From a bacterium (GTDB taxonomy: Bacteria > Hinthialibacterota > Hinthialibacteria > Hinthialibacterales > Hinthialibacteraceae), in assembly GCA_963662285.2 (NCBI GenBank), contig CAXXMV010000006.1:64001-128000 (forward strand): a stretch of DNA of 64,000 nucleotides, written 5' to 3'. Under the pieces are notes generated by a model that did not search any database, was not told the origin of the DNA, and saw only the letters and a program-made list of their open reading frames with translations. Positions 50,019-60,444 of this stretch are shown here, one piece after another (the stretch's first letter is position 1; every line of letters starts with the position of its first letter). A program made the position numbers and the translations under genes.

Positions 50019-50130
50019 TAGAGCGATTGTCAAAATATGTTCGTTCCTTATCATGTTTGCTCTTCATAGAAGCAACTATTTTCTGGTTTCTACGAATCGC
50101 CAATCAGAACATTATTATGACAACTACTCA
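50019..50130 (-). mobile_element. MITE-like dispersed repeat, copy 3
   Basis: Reverse complement closely matches 7601-7714. Confidence 0.75.
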
Positions 50131-50379
50131 AGAGCCGCTCAAAAACGGATAGACTCCCGTTTTTCGCAATAACCGCTAATAGTTATGCTATTTTATTCTA
50201 AACCTCCTTTAAAAGCATGATAAATAATAACTTATACAACAAGCCTCTTCAATATATAAGTAATTGCATATCATGAATTTATACATTGATCACAATCAAG
50301 ACCGATTTTGTTGTGGATTAAAGGAAAGAAGCCAGAGAAAATGTAATAACTTCCAATAGCAATTAATAAATACACAACC

Positions 50380-50540
50380 AAAAAGGGTCTTCCTCATTTA
50401 TGAGACCCCTCAACTCAGAAAAAAAACATAGGAAGGAAAATTCACGCCAGCCGGAAAAGATATTTTATCCCGTATTCACTTTAGTTAAGCAAGTTAGCGC
50501 CGTGATAAAAGACCAATAATTACCAGTATGGCGTCTCGAC
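50380..50540 (-). ncRNA. Candidate small RNA next to oriC
   Basis: Minus-strand TTGACA-18-(TGa)TATTAT promoter (50576-50547); ACGCCA..TGGCGT long stem; terminator GGGTCT..AGACCC-TTTTT at 50380-50409. Confidence 0.4.
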
Positions 50541-50759
50541 GAGGCTATAATATCAAATATTATAATACGTTGTCAATCATTATTTTTACATATATAAAAA
50601 AAATCGCTTAACCTGAATAAATTAATTGCTGATAAATCAAGATTTGTATTAAATAAGTTATTCTTCTGGCCTTAAAAAGCCCATTAAAACAAGCTCTTTT
50701 CAAATAAAAATGCTCATGTTTGAACATATTTTCGAGAGACTTTCTATTAAGCCCATCCC

Positions 50760-51570
50760 AAGAGTTATACACAACCTGATTTTGAGTAATTTATTTTTTG
50801 AGGATTATAAATTGATTATTACCTGTGGATAACTCTTGGAGGGTCATAATAACCTGTAGTTATATTATTATATTTTCCAGTTTTCTTCGCCAAAAACCGG
50901 CAAAGTGCGCTTATGGAATTCAATCAATGATAAAGCAATGTATATCAGAGAGTTATTTATTAACAATAAATTTTATCGATTCAATATACGATTGTATTCT
51001 TCAGAAAAATATAGACTTGAAATAAACCTCACCTGAAGTAAGCGTATAAGCGATTTATAAGTTTTGTTGATTCAGTCTTCTAATCTTTTTAATATCTGCA
51101 ATATCCAATTTTCTGTTTTAAAATAATAAAAAATATTTTTGCGCTATAAATCTTCCTTATCCAGATAGTTAGTGAGATATGACTGACAGGATATAAATAA
51201 AAATGTAAAAAGGGTATTGCATCAGTCGTTCTTGGGTGCAACAATAGAATCTCAATCATCCATAAGGTCTTGGATATCAATCTGTTAGTAACCTGTGTAT
51301 ATCTATGTTAGTTTAGCTGTGGATAAGCCTGTGGATGATTTGTGTGTTGTTTGTGTGTTGTTTGGAGGAAGGCGTATTCTTTTGGGAAAGATGGTTGCCA
51401 ACCCTTGGTTAAGATCGATTCCTGAATATGATTTGATTAAGCCCTGTTACAACCTAATGTTATTTTGTGGTGTTTTGTTTTTCTGAATAATTGGCGCAAA
51501 GTTCCGGAATTTTCGGATAATTGTTTGCTGCCAACAGAACTGATTTTGTTGGCTATGTGGATCATTTTGC
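50760..51570. other. Putative replication origin oriC
   Basis: Long AT-rich ORF-free region upstream of dnaA; DnaA boxes TTATACACA 50765, TGTGGATAA 50824 and 51318; near-boxes at 51294, 51330, 51556. Confidence 0.7.
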
Positions 51571-51660
51571 CGTAATTTATACCGTTAATACTGTGAAATG
51601 TGATAGATATGCCATTTGAGAGATGCTGATGATTTAAGACATAACTACGGAGGACAAGTG

Positions 51661-53067
51661 ATGGCATCTATGCAAACGTCCCTTGAAAAGAATGATGTAC
51701 AAATTTTGTGGCGTAACGCAGAGAATGTGCTTCGAGACCGGATTCCCGGTAGCGAGTTGAATGGCTGGTTTGATGATGTACATATAAGAAATTACGACGA
51801 TGATTGCGTAGTTTTAGCTGTTCCAACCAACAGTCGTCGTGAACATATATTAAAAAATTTCCGCCCTGTATTGGCTGGTATTTTTTCTGATATCTTGAGA
51901 AGAGAAGTTGATGTTGACGTACAACTGAAAAATGATTTTACCATCGGGTCTCAACCAAAAGATTTTGCTACAGGAAATCAAGAAAAAAAAGCGCGAGATG
52001 TGCAGGATAATGATCCTGCTCCGGTTAATGGTTCGGTTCTGCGTTTTGAACCGATAAATTCACAGTATGTTTTTGATACATTTGTTATCGGTTCCAGCAA
52101 CAAAATGGCTCATGCGGCTGCTGAAGCGGTATCCCGTGAACCGGCGCAGTCATACAACCCCCTGTTTGTTTATGGCGGTGTAGGGCTGGGAAAAACGCAC
52201 TTAATGCAGTCAATCGGCAATGAGATATTAAAACTGCATCCCACTAAAAGGGTTGCGTATCTTTCTGCTGAGTTGTTTGTAAATATATTCATCGACGCTA
52301 TTAAGCGTAATGAACGGCTCTCTTTTCAGACAACTTTTCGTAACATAGATGTATTGTTGATAGATGACATCCATTTTCTGGCTGGCAAGGAAGGGACTCA
52401 GGAAGAATTCTTCCATACCTTCAATGCTCTGCATAACCGGCATAAACAGATCGTTATATCCAGCGACCGGCCTCCCAAGGATATTCCTACTATCGAAGAC
52501 CGGCTGCGGTCGCGTTTTGAGTGGGGATTGATAGTGGATGTCGCGCCGCCTGATTTTGAAATGCGTATGGCCATTTTGCGTCAGAAAAGCGAAAACCTGG
52601 CTTTGAATATCCCGGATGATGTTCTGGAATATATCGCTCATAAAATCCGGTTCTCCATCCGTGAACTGGAAGGCGCGTTGGCCAAAATCACGGCGCATAC
52701 CCGTTTCACCAATGATAGTCTGGACGTTGAGACCGCCGGGAAGTTACTGGGCGAGATTTATAGCCGGCCGGTTAAAGAGATATCCATCGAGAAGATTCAG
52801 CGTAAAGTGGCTGATTATTTCAACATTAAACCTTCTGATATTATCGGAAAAAGCCGCTCTCGTTCTATTGCGCGGCCCCGTCAGATCGCCATGTATTTAA
52901 GCCGTAAGTTAACCCGGCATTCGTTCCCCGAAATTGGCACTTTCTTTGGCAATAAGGATCACACAACAGTTCTTTTTGCTTTCAACAAGATCGAAAAGGG
53001 TATTGAAGAAGACAACAAACTTAGAGAAGTCATTAATCTGATTTCTGATTCATTCTCTAAATTTTAA
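51661..53067 (+). CDS. dnaA: Chromosomal replication initiator DnaA
   Basis: YNPLFVYGGVGLGKTHL, LLIDDI, QEEFFHTFN, RELEGAL, KDHTTV; GGAGG RBS. Confidence 0.98.
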   Translation: MASMQTSLEKNDVQILWRNAENVLRDRIPGSELNGWFDDVHIRNYDDDCVVLAVPTNSRREHILKNFRPVLAGIFSDILRREVDVDVQLKNDFTIGSQPKDFATGNQEKKARDVQDNDPAPVNGSVLRFEPINSQYVFDTFVIGSSNKMAHAAAEAVSREPAQSYNPLFVYGGVGLGKTHLMQSIGNEILKLHPTKRVAYLSAELFVNIFIDAIKRNERLSFQTTFRNIDVLLIDDIHFLAGKEGTQEEFFHTFNALHNRHKQIVISSDRPPKDIPTIEDRLRSRFEWGLIVDVAPPDFEMRMAILRQKSENLALNIPDDVLEYIAHKIRFSIRELEGALAKITAHTRFTNDSLDVETAGKLLGEIYSRPVKEISIEKIQRKVADYFNIKPSDIIGKSRSRSIARPRQIAMYLSRKLTRHSFPEIGTFFGNKDHTTVLFAFNKIEKGIEEDNKLREVINLISDSFSKF

Positions 53068-53184
53068 AGTGTTTACAAAAGCCGATGTAATAGTATTTTG
53101 AAGTTATGCATCCATTTTATAAAGCCGGTAAAGAGGTTTTGAAATTCACTTCAGGCGCTTTATACGGGGCTAACGTCCCAGGGT

Positions 53185-53220
53185 ACCGCACTTGCCGTTT
53201 TGTGAGTGCGGTTTTTTTTT
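53185..53220 (+). terminator. Intrinsic terminator downstream of dnaA
   Basis: ACCGCACTT...GAGTGCGGT-TTTTTTTT. Confidence 0.8.
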
Positions 53221-53306
53221 CTCCTGAACTGGTTGACAGATAGCCTCGATTTATGACAATACATTCATCAATTTTGGCTTTATGTTCTCAAAAAGGAACT
53301 CTTTTT

Positions 53307-54548
53307 ATGATCAAATATAGTCCTGATTCTTTATTGAATCTTCTGCAAGTACTTTATCCTGAATGGATTGATAAAATAAATCCAACGGATGATGCATCCA
53401 TGTTTTCTAAAGACCGGATTCAATCTTATCTGGAAATGAACCGGGAAGACTTACCCGAAGAACCGTCTACTAATGATGAATTATTGCAGATCATGGCTTT
53501 GCTGCCCAACCGGGAGATTCCATGTCAACCGGACAATCCCGTAGCAGTTATACTGGCCGGAGGACGGGGAACCCGCATGGGAGAAGAGATCAAGCAGAAA
53601 TCCCTGTGCCCCATCCTTGGTAAACCGGCGTTGCTGCGCTCGATTGAGATGTACCGTGAGTTTGGCGTAGAGCATTTTATCATAATTGTCGGCGCTGGTT
53701 ATAAGGATGTGATCTCCTGCCTGGGCGCCGATGCTCCCAATATAACCTATTTGTTGCAAGAAGAGCAATTAGGTACCGGACATGCAGCGCGATTGGCGGC
53801 GCGGTATCTGCATCAGGCTGGATACCTGGGCAGCGTGCTGGTTACGATGGGCGATAAGTATATTACTCACCATGGTTTAAGAGAACTGATTCGCGAAAAT
53901 CCGGATATTTCAGTAGAACAGCCCGATCTGACTCTGGTGACCGCTTCCAAACAGGCTTGGCCCGATTCAGGACGGGTGGTGGTGGACGACAGGAACCACG
54001 TCTGTGCGGTAATCGAAAGACCTGACCTGGTGCAAAGGCAGTTGATTACTGATTTTTATCAGTGGCCTCAAAATCCAGTATCTTGCAAGTCATTTAAGCG
54101 TCATGCCATCGATATGTGGGATCGTCCCAACAAACTGCGCAAAATCCTGGGCGCTTCCTTTTGGGATGGCTTGGATCAGCATGATAGTATTTTGAAGGAA
54201 AAGGCCTGTTTTCCGCTTGATAAAGATCAACTTGAGTTTCAAATCTCTGATTCAATAAGGCTTACGGCGTCCACTATAGAAGATCAATGCCATCAGGTTA
54301 ATATTTCGGTCTATATCTTCGGGGCGCAGGCTTTGTATGATTCGACTGGCCGTTTGACATCAAATAACGCTCAAGGCGAACTTTATCTGACCGATGCGGT
54401 CTTTGATCTGACCAGCCATCATCATTCGGATGATTATCATATTAAGGCGATTATGATGCCGGGAGATTATGACGTCATGGGATTCAACACGCTTGAAGAA
54501 CTGGCTCAAATCGAACGCCGCTTATTGGTCGCTGCTCAAATTACTTAA
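53307..54548 (+). CDS. Sugar-1-phosphate nucleotidyltransferase (GlmU N-terminal domain only)
   Basis: ILAGGRGTRM, QEEQLGTGHA, NNAQGELYLTD, GFNT; no hexapeptide acetyltransferase domain. Confidence 0.8.
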   Translation: MIKYSPDSLLNLLQVLYPEWIDKINPTDDASMFSKDRIQSYLEMNREDLPEEPSTNDELLQIMALLPNREIPCQPDNPVAVILAGGRGTRMGEEIKQKSLCPILGKPALLRSIEMYREFGVEHFIIIVGAGYKDVISCLGADAPNITYLLQEEQLGTGHAARLAARYLHQAGYLGSVLVTMGDKYITHHGLRELIRENPDISVEQPDLTLVTASKQAWPDSGRVVVDDRNHVCAVIERPDLVQRQLITDFYQWPQNPVSCKSFKRHAIDMWDRPNKLRKILGASFWDGLDQHDSILKEKACFPLDKDQLEFQISDSIRLTASTIEDQCHQVNISVYIFGAQALYDSTGRLTSNNAQGELYLTDAVFDLTSHHHSDDYHIKAIMMPGDYDVMGFNTLEELAQIERRLLVAAQIT

Positions 54549-54676
54549 AAAAAATATTTACAAAAAAAAGAATAATTTGCAATAAAACCATTATAATATC
54601 CTCATTATATTCTTTTATGGAAGCCCACAAAAAATCTCGAATGGATTAAGCCATTCAGAAACAGGGGTATGACATA

Positions 54677-55009
54677 ATGTTGGATATTCACAAAAGGGAA
54701 GTTGGAACAGTATCTGTATTGTCATTGGATGGAGAACTTGATTTGGAAGGCGCCCAGAACCTGAAAATCTGTCTCTCCTGTTTGTTTCAAGAAGCGACCA
54801 AGAAAGTTATTATTGACTGGACGGATGTTGACCGGATCAATTTCGCTTCACTGCAAATGGTAACACGTCCTATGAAGGATTTGGTTACTAACCGTCCCAT
54901 GGCTTTTTGCGGAATGTCAGACGCCGTCAAAAAATCCCTCAAAACGGTTCCTTTTTATGACAAGATAAAAGAATTCGATTCAGAAGACCGGGCGCTTACG
55001 CGTTTGTGA
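54677..55009 (+). CDS. STAS domain protein (anti-sigma factor antagonist)
   Basis: LSLDGELD, VIIDWTDVDRINFASL, ends FDSEDRAL. Confidence 0.8.
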   Translation: MLDIHKREVGTVSVLSLDGELDLEGAQNLKICLSCLFQEATKKVIIDWTDVDRINFASLQMVTRPMKDLVTNRPMAFCGMSDAVKKSLKTVPFYDKIKEFDSEDRALTRL

Positions 55010-55125
55010 TAATCAGCGTTATGCAAGTTAATTTTGATGGAGTGGTAAGGCTTAATAATCTGCTTTACCATTAAGATGCGTTGCGTCCATTCTTCCCGCA
55101 AGGCGCTTTCGGTATGATGTCATGA

Positions 55126-57357
55126 TTGATATCTAGCATCATACCGGAGGAGAATGAATTGATTCTGCTTTATTCCGCTACATTACTATTAAGCGCCGGA
55201 TTACTCTTTTCGATTCAGCCCATGTTTTCCAAGATGGTATTACCTCTTTTCGGGGGGACTCCCGGAGTATGGAATACCTGCATGTTTTTTTATCAGACGG
55301 CGCTGCTGGCGGGATATGCGCTGACTCATTTCTCTATCCAAAAACTGGGCGTGAAACGGCAGGTGGTGTTGCAGGTCGTCCTGGTTGCCACCGGGTTTTT
55401 ATGTCTCCCCATCGCGGTTTCTCTACAAGGGATGCAACTGACCGGGCAACCCGATATAGGGCTGTTGATAATATTAATCCTCTCTATTGGTTGGCCTTTC
55501 CTTATTATTTCGATGACGGCGCCCATGCTGCAACGCTGGTTCGCCCATAGCGCTCACACCGATGCCCATGATCCATATTTTCTCTACTCGGCCAGTAATG
55601 CGGGCAGTTTGATTGCGCTGCTCTGTTATCCAATTTTGATTGAGCCGTTATTGCCATTATCCATGCAAAGCCAGATATGGAGTGTGGGCTATGGATTGTT
55701 GACCGTTATGATATTGTGCTGCGCGGTTATGGTCTGGCGCAGCCCCGGTGGCTCTGATGCGGTTCATGATGAGCCGCAATCTGAATCAGAGCAACGCAGT
55801 CCGGATTTCATTGACCGGATATATTGGTTTCTGCTGGCTATGGTTCCCTCTAGTCTGCTGCTGGGTACCACTACCTACCTGACCACTGACGTAGCCGCTA
55901 TACCGCTGTTATGGGTAACGCCTTTGGCTATATATATGGCCACATTCGTGATCGTCTTTGCGCGCCGCCCCTGGTTGAGCCGTGAAACCATGCTTAGGAT
56001 TCAACCATTTATTCTGATTCCTCCCATTATGTTGATCCTATGGGGCAAGAAGGTTCCCATTTTTGTTAACTTTCCTATCCATTTAACTGCGCTGTTCATT
56101 CATGCCATGGTCTGTCACGGGCAGTTGGCCAGGAAACGTCCCCATGCGCGTCACCTGACCGGGTTTTATCTGTGGATCGCGGCGGGCGGCATGGCGGGTG
56201 GATTGTTCAACGCTCTGATCGCTCCCTATGTTTTCAAAACTACTCTGGAATATCCCCTGGCTATCATGGCCGTCGCTTTACTGCGCCCCGGCTTTATCAG
56301 CGGGACGCCCAGAACGCGGCGTTACGCCTATGGTTTGATTTTAGGATTATTCATTTTACTGAGTGGGCCGTTAGCTGGCGACCGTGAGGTTATTTATCAT
56401 TTCGGCATGATCGGCATATTGATCGCGTCATCGGTATTCGCTGGATATTTCTATACCTTGGTCAACCGTCCCATCGTGCTGGGCATTCTGTTCAGTATCG
56501 CAGTATTCGCTGGACTACAATTCAATGACTCGCAACAGAAAGTACTGCACCGCGACCGGAGTTTCTTCGGGCCGCTGCATGTGCGTTACGATCCAACCGA
56601 CCAATACGCATTGTTCTACCATGGCACAACCCTGCATGGGGCGCAGGGGCGCTTTGGCGGGGAACACAACAGGCCGTTGACCTATTTCACCGTCTCTGGT
56701 CCATTGGGGCAATTGCTCTATACGCTGTATGAACACCCTAAACCGAGGAATATCGCCATAACCGGATTAGGGGTGGGCAGCATCGCATGGTATGGCAAAT
56801 CCGGCGACCTAATTGATTATTATGAGATCGATCCACTGGTCGAGCAGACGGCCCGTGATGAGCGTTTCTTCTCGTTTCTCAAAGACTGTCCGGCGCAGGT
56901 CAGAACCATCATCGGAGACGCGCGTTTGACTTTAGCCCAGGCGCCGGATCACTCTTATGATTTGATAATTATGGACGCCTTCAGTTCGGGATCGATCCCG
57001 GTGCATCTGCTGACCCGCGAGGCGTTCGATATGGCGCTAAGTAAAATGAAAGATGATGGCTTATTGATATACCAGATCACCAACCGCTTCATCAACCTGG
57101 AGCCGGTGCTAGGCGCCTTGGCTGAAGAGAATGGATTAACCGCCATAATCCAACGCCATGAAAAAGTTACTGAAGCGGAGAAGAAAGCCATGAAAATGCC
57201 GTCGGTCTGGGTAGTGATAGGCCAGCCCGGCAAAACCATGGATATTCTCAAAGGCGCTCACGGGTGGCAAACGCTCGAAGCAACTCCCGGTTTCAATGCA
57301 TGGACCGATGATTATTCCAACCTGCTCAGCGTAATAAGAAGGCCCCGTTGGGATTAA
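55126..57357 (+). CDS. Fused MFS-like membrane / spermidine synthase-like methyltransferase
   Basis: LPLFGGTPGVW, HGTTLHGAQ, GLGVGS, YEIDP, GDAR, MDAFSS, WTDDYSN; true start may be TTG 55159. Confidence 0.88.
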   Translation: MISSIIPEENELILLYSATLLLSAGLLFSIQPMFSKMVLPLFGGTPGVWNTCMFFYQTALLAGYALTHFSIQKLGVKRQVVLQVVLVATGFLCLPIAVSLQGMQLTGQPDIGLLIILILSIGWPFLIISMTAPMLQRWFAHSAHTDAHDPYFLYSASNAGSLIALLCYPILIEPLLPLSMQSQIWSVGYGLLTVMILCCAVMVWRSPGGSDAVHDEPQSESEQRSPDFIDRIYWFLLAMVPSSLLLGTTTYLTTDVAAIPLLWVTPLAIYMATFVIVFARRPWLSRETMLRIQPFILIPPIMLILWGKKVPIFVNFPIHLTALFIHAMVCHGQLARKRPHARHLTGFYLWIAAGGMAGGLFNALIAPYVFKTTLEYPLAIMAVALLRPGFISGTPRTRRYAYGLILGLFILLSGPLAGDREVIYHFGMIGILIASSVFAGYFYTLVNRPIVLGILFSIAVFAGLQFNDSQQKVLHRDRSFFGPLHVRYDPTDQYALFYHGTTLHGAQGRFGGEHNRPLTYFTVSGPLGQLLYTLYEHPKPRNIAITGLGVGSIAWYGKSGDLIDYYEIDPLVEQTARDERFFSFLKDCPAQVRTIIGDARLTLAQAPDHSYDLIIMDAFSSGSIPVHLLTREAFDMALSKMKDDGLLIYQITNRFINLEPVLGALAEENGLTAIIQRHEKVTEAEKKAMKMPSVWVVIGQPGKTMDILKGAHGWQTLEATPGFNAWTDDYSNLLSVIRRPRWD

Positions 57358-57414
57358 GGATTATTACTTTTTATACTCCCACGACGCGGTTATAGCGCCC
57401 TCACAATAACATTC

Positions 57415-60400
57415 TTATCGCATTTGCGTCATCAAATAATTGAATGGAATTTCAGGATTTTTGGCGCCAGTTAGAGATAATACTCTATCGCTTTCGCCCA
57501 TCTCAGAAATGTGAAGCAAATTAAATAACCATACCGGCTTGGTTTGCTTATTGTCAGTCTTTAGCATTTCCCAAGGTATGGAGATTTCCAGGGATTTCGC
57601 GCCAGAGTTAGGATCATCATTCAAATTATAAGCGGCTTGAATCGATAGGGCTTCATCATTGGGCGAATTAGGGTGATTATTTTTATGCGCAATTTTTTCC
57701 ATGAAATCTTTAGGCAGAATTTCCTTGAGCCATTCAGGCATTTCCTCAGATAACAGGTCATCAGGAGAGAAAGTATTCTTCGATTCACCCTTAAATGTTA
57801 ATCCAAGAGCATCAATCACCCGCGTTTGAAGGTTAATTTGCGGTTTTAGAGAATCTTCCTGCTGCTTTAGATCGACCGAGATTTGCATAACATTGCTGTA
57901 ATCGCGTCCAGGGCAAAGCATAACTTTAATCTGATCGTCCTCGTGGATATCTCCATCAACATAAAGATAAAGATTCGTAGAATCGCGCAGCATACGAAGA
58001 CTTACCTCTGAATCCGATTCACCCATTTTAAGCGGCAATGCCTGAGATTTCCGCCATCCATCTTCTTCCATGAGGCCATCAACCGTAACGGGCGTTTCAA
58101 CCGCCGCAACATTGATTACGCTTTCCAGCGTTCCACTCGAAGTTAAAGCCGATTCAGCGTTGGCGGCCATCGGTAACCAGCCATCGCCAGCATTAATGCC
58201 GGCGGCTTTGTTGAAAAGAGCAGCGGCGATAGACGCATTTCCCGCATCGCGTTTCGCCAAAGCAATGCCGAATAATGCTGCGCCTTTATCGATGCGTTGC
58301 GTCTTGGCAGCCCATTGATTTACCCGCTCAATAATCCGCTCAATGTTATCATCATCAATAATGATTTCGCGGTTTACCAGGGATGCGGTTTTGGGCATTT
58401 TTTCCATCACGCTATCATAAACTTTCAGCGCGGCGTCCTTGTCGCCCATTGTTTTATATAAATTACCCAATTTCGACAAGTAGCGGTCATCTTCCGGGAA
58501 GAACTCAACCAATCGTGAATACAAACGGGCGGCGCGTTCGTTATCATCCGATTTACTGCACCAGTCAGCCCAAAAAGCGACCAGGTCTTTAGCGCCCAGC
58601 GATATTTTCCGCTGCGACATAAAATCAACCGGCGGAACGATGCGAAGGTCGTTGATTAATTGCACTTCGTTAGAAACGATTTTATCCGGTTGGATTACCG
58701 AATGCTTCACTGTACCTTTAAGCACCTGCCAACAACTCATCAGATAGGCGGCGCGGTCTAAAACAAAAGATGGCAATGTGCGAAGTTCATCAGGCAAACC
58801 AAAAGCGAGGTCAGGAATAGAACCCATCTTGCGCATCGCCTCTCGATAAGCGTAGAATTCAGATTCGTTATCCTGGAAAGACATCTTATTTGCAGGCATC
58901 ACAGCAACATCATTCAAAAAACGGTATTGCCGGTTTCTTCCAATGCCGCTGCGTACGCCCGCTTGAATATCGAGCATTTCACGGATCATGTTGGGCCGGG
59001 TTGCCAGAATCATTACTTTGTCATGGATGCACCAGCTGGGCGCAAAAGGAATCAAAGGTATAGGTATTGTCAACGAAGAGATTTCCTTTCCCAGATAGGT
59101 CTCGGTTTCAATAGAAAGGGATATCTGGAATGTCTTGGTAATGAGAGAGGCCAGTTTTTCTATACCGCGAAGAGCTGCGTCGTGGTCTGTAATTTCCAGC
59201 ATGGAGGCGCCCTGGTTGGTGGCAATAATCGTTTCCAGATCCATAGCCGGTCTCATGGTGCACCATGAATCTCCCATCCAGCTAAGAATATCCTTCTCAA
59301 TCGAGAATTCATTCTCCTCTTCCCATTGGCTGATTCCAGTTAAAAATTCCTGAACCGGTTTCACATCTTTAAGCAAACTGTGGCCTAAAGCCCAGATATC
59401 TTTCGGGCCGAAAATGTTTCCGCTGGAAACTGTACCGACTTTACGGGGTAGATATTTTTCGAAGATAAATGGAACCGGCTTGCGGTTAATCATTTGCTGT
59501 AGGACTTCATTCTCAAACGAAAGATTAAACCTGGTATGAGATACAGTATTTAAACGATCCTTATCATCGATCCATTGGGCGGATGAGTAAGACTTAAAGG
59601 AATGCATAAAAGCCAGAACGCTTTCTATGATGGGCATCGCCTCATCAATATCATTGAAAGCATCGAAATGCTGCATGGATTTAAGGTTCTTGGCTAAGTA
59701 TTCCCCGGTCTGGCCGATCTTGGCGTAATTGGCGAAGAAAGTATAAGAACGTTTTTCGGGCAGTTCGGACATAGCCTCCTTATAAACATCCAAATCAGCC
59801 AGAAAGCCTTCTTCATCTTCCAGGCGGTCTATGGCATCCAGTAAGAGATGCTTGCTGTTGGCGATCATCAAGGTAGAATCTTTTATGGCAAAGGCCAAAT
59901 CAAGTCCAGGCAGAGTTAAAGGTCCATAGAGTGAATAAATCAAATACCCATAATATTCATCCTTAACGCTGTGAACCGGAGTAATCAGTTGGTCGATTTC
60001 TTGCAGAAATGAGCCTAATACCTGTTCAGCTTTTTCGGGATCGCTCACTTCAGTGATGTATAATCCCCTTCCAGGGATGGGGATGCCTTCTAACAGAGGG
60101 AATAGAGCGAAAGACCATTTGTCGCCCGAAAAAATTTCGCTATTCTCTTTGAAACCGCTTTTCTCAATTATCGTCTGGAATTCTTCCTTCAGCACCCGCC
60201 ATTCAAGGATGTCATCCATTAAGGAAAACCAATTGTCAAAAGCCTTATCATAATTGGGCAATGGGACTTGAAAAGATTTGTCGCATCCCCAATAAAACAT
60301 GGCATTGGAGGGCGTCATCCGGTCAAAGGGACTACCGAAAGCAGTCGAAGTTAAAAGCGCTCCATAACATACAAATGCAATAAGACGAATGCGCCATCGC

Positions 60401-60444
60401 ATAATATAACTCCTAGGTTTGTTGACTAAGTTTTGCCTTTTCAT
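57415..60444 (-). CDS. Large exported protein (DUF3352-like + TPR + CBM9-like domain)
   Basis: Signal-like N-terminus; DILSWMG; TPR LSKLGNLYKTMGDKDAALKVY; VTVDGLMEEDGW...NLYLYV...LEISIPW. Confidence 0.6.
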   Translation of the reverse strand: MKRQNLVNKPRSYIMRWRIRLIAFVCYGALLTSTAFGSPFDRMTPSNAMFYWGCDKSFQVPLPNYDKAFDNWFSLMDDILEWRVLKEEFQTIIEKSGFKENSEIFSGDKWSFALFPLLEGIPIPGRGLYITEVSDPEKAEQVLGSFLQEIDQLITPVHSVKDEYYGYLIYSLYGPLTLPGLDLAFAIKDSTLMIANSKHLLLDAIDRLEDEEGFLADLDVYKEAMSELPEKRSYTFFANYAKIGQTGEYLAKNLKSMQHFDAFNDIDEAMPIIESVLAFMHSFKSYSSAQWIDDKDRLNTVSHTRFNLSFENEVLQQMINRKPVPFIFEKYLPRKVGTVSSGNIFGPKDIWALGHSLLKDVKPVQEFLTGISQWEEENEFSIEKDILSWMGDSWCTMRPAMDLETIIATNQGASMLEITDHDAALRGIEKLASLITKTFQISLSIETETYLGKEISSLTIPIPLIPFAPSWCIHDKVMILATRPNMIREMLDIQAGVRSGIGRNRQYRFLNDVAVMPANKMSFQDNESEFYAYREAMRKMGSIPDLAFGLPDELRTLPSFVLDRAAYLMSCWQVLKGTVKHSVIQPDKIVSNEVQLINDLRIVPPVDFMSQRKISLGAKDLVAFWADWCSKSDDNERAARLYSRLVEFFPEDDRYLSKLGNLYKTMGDKDAALKVYDSVMEKMPKTASLVNREIIIDDDNIERIIERVNQWAAKTQRIDKGAALFGIALAKRDAGNASIAAALFNKAAGINAGDGWLPMAANAESALTSSGTLESVINVAAVETPVTVDGLMEEDGWRKSQALPLKMGESDSEVSLRMLRDSTNLYLYVDGDIHEDDQIKVMLCPGRDYSNVMQISVDLKQQEDSLKPQINLQTRVIDALGLTFKGESKNTFSPDDLLSEEMPEWLKEILPKDFMEKIAHKNNHPNSPNDEALSIQAAYNLNDDPNSGAKSLEISIPWEMLKTDNKQTKPVWLFNLLHISEMGESDRVLSLTGAKNPEIPFNYLMTQMR

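Noticed and set aside
50825-51667. Small ORFs upstream of dnaA, including a possible rpmH
   Set aside because: No MKRT..RxxGF L34 signature; AT-rich origin-like DNA
53220-53252. glmS ribozyme-like words (GAACT..GTTGAC) before the GlmU-like gene
   Set aside because: Lacks the AGCGC core and the GACGAGG...GGCGGA elements
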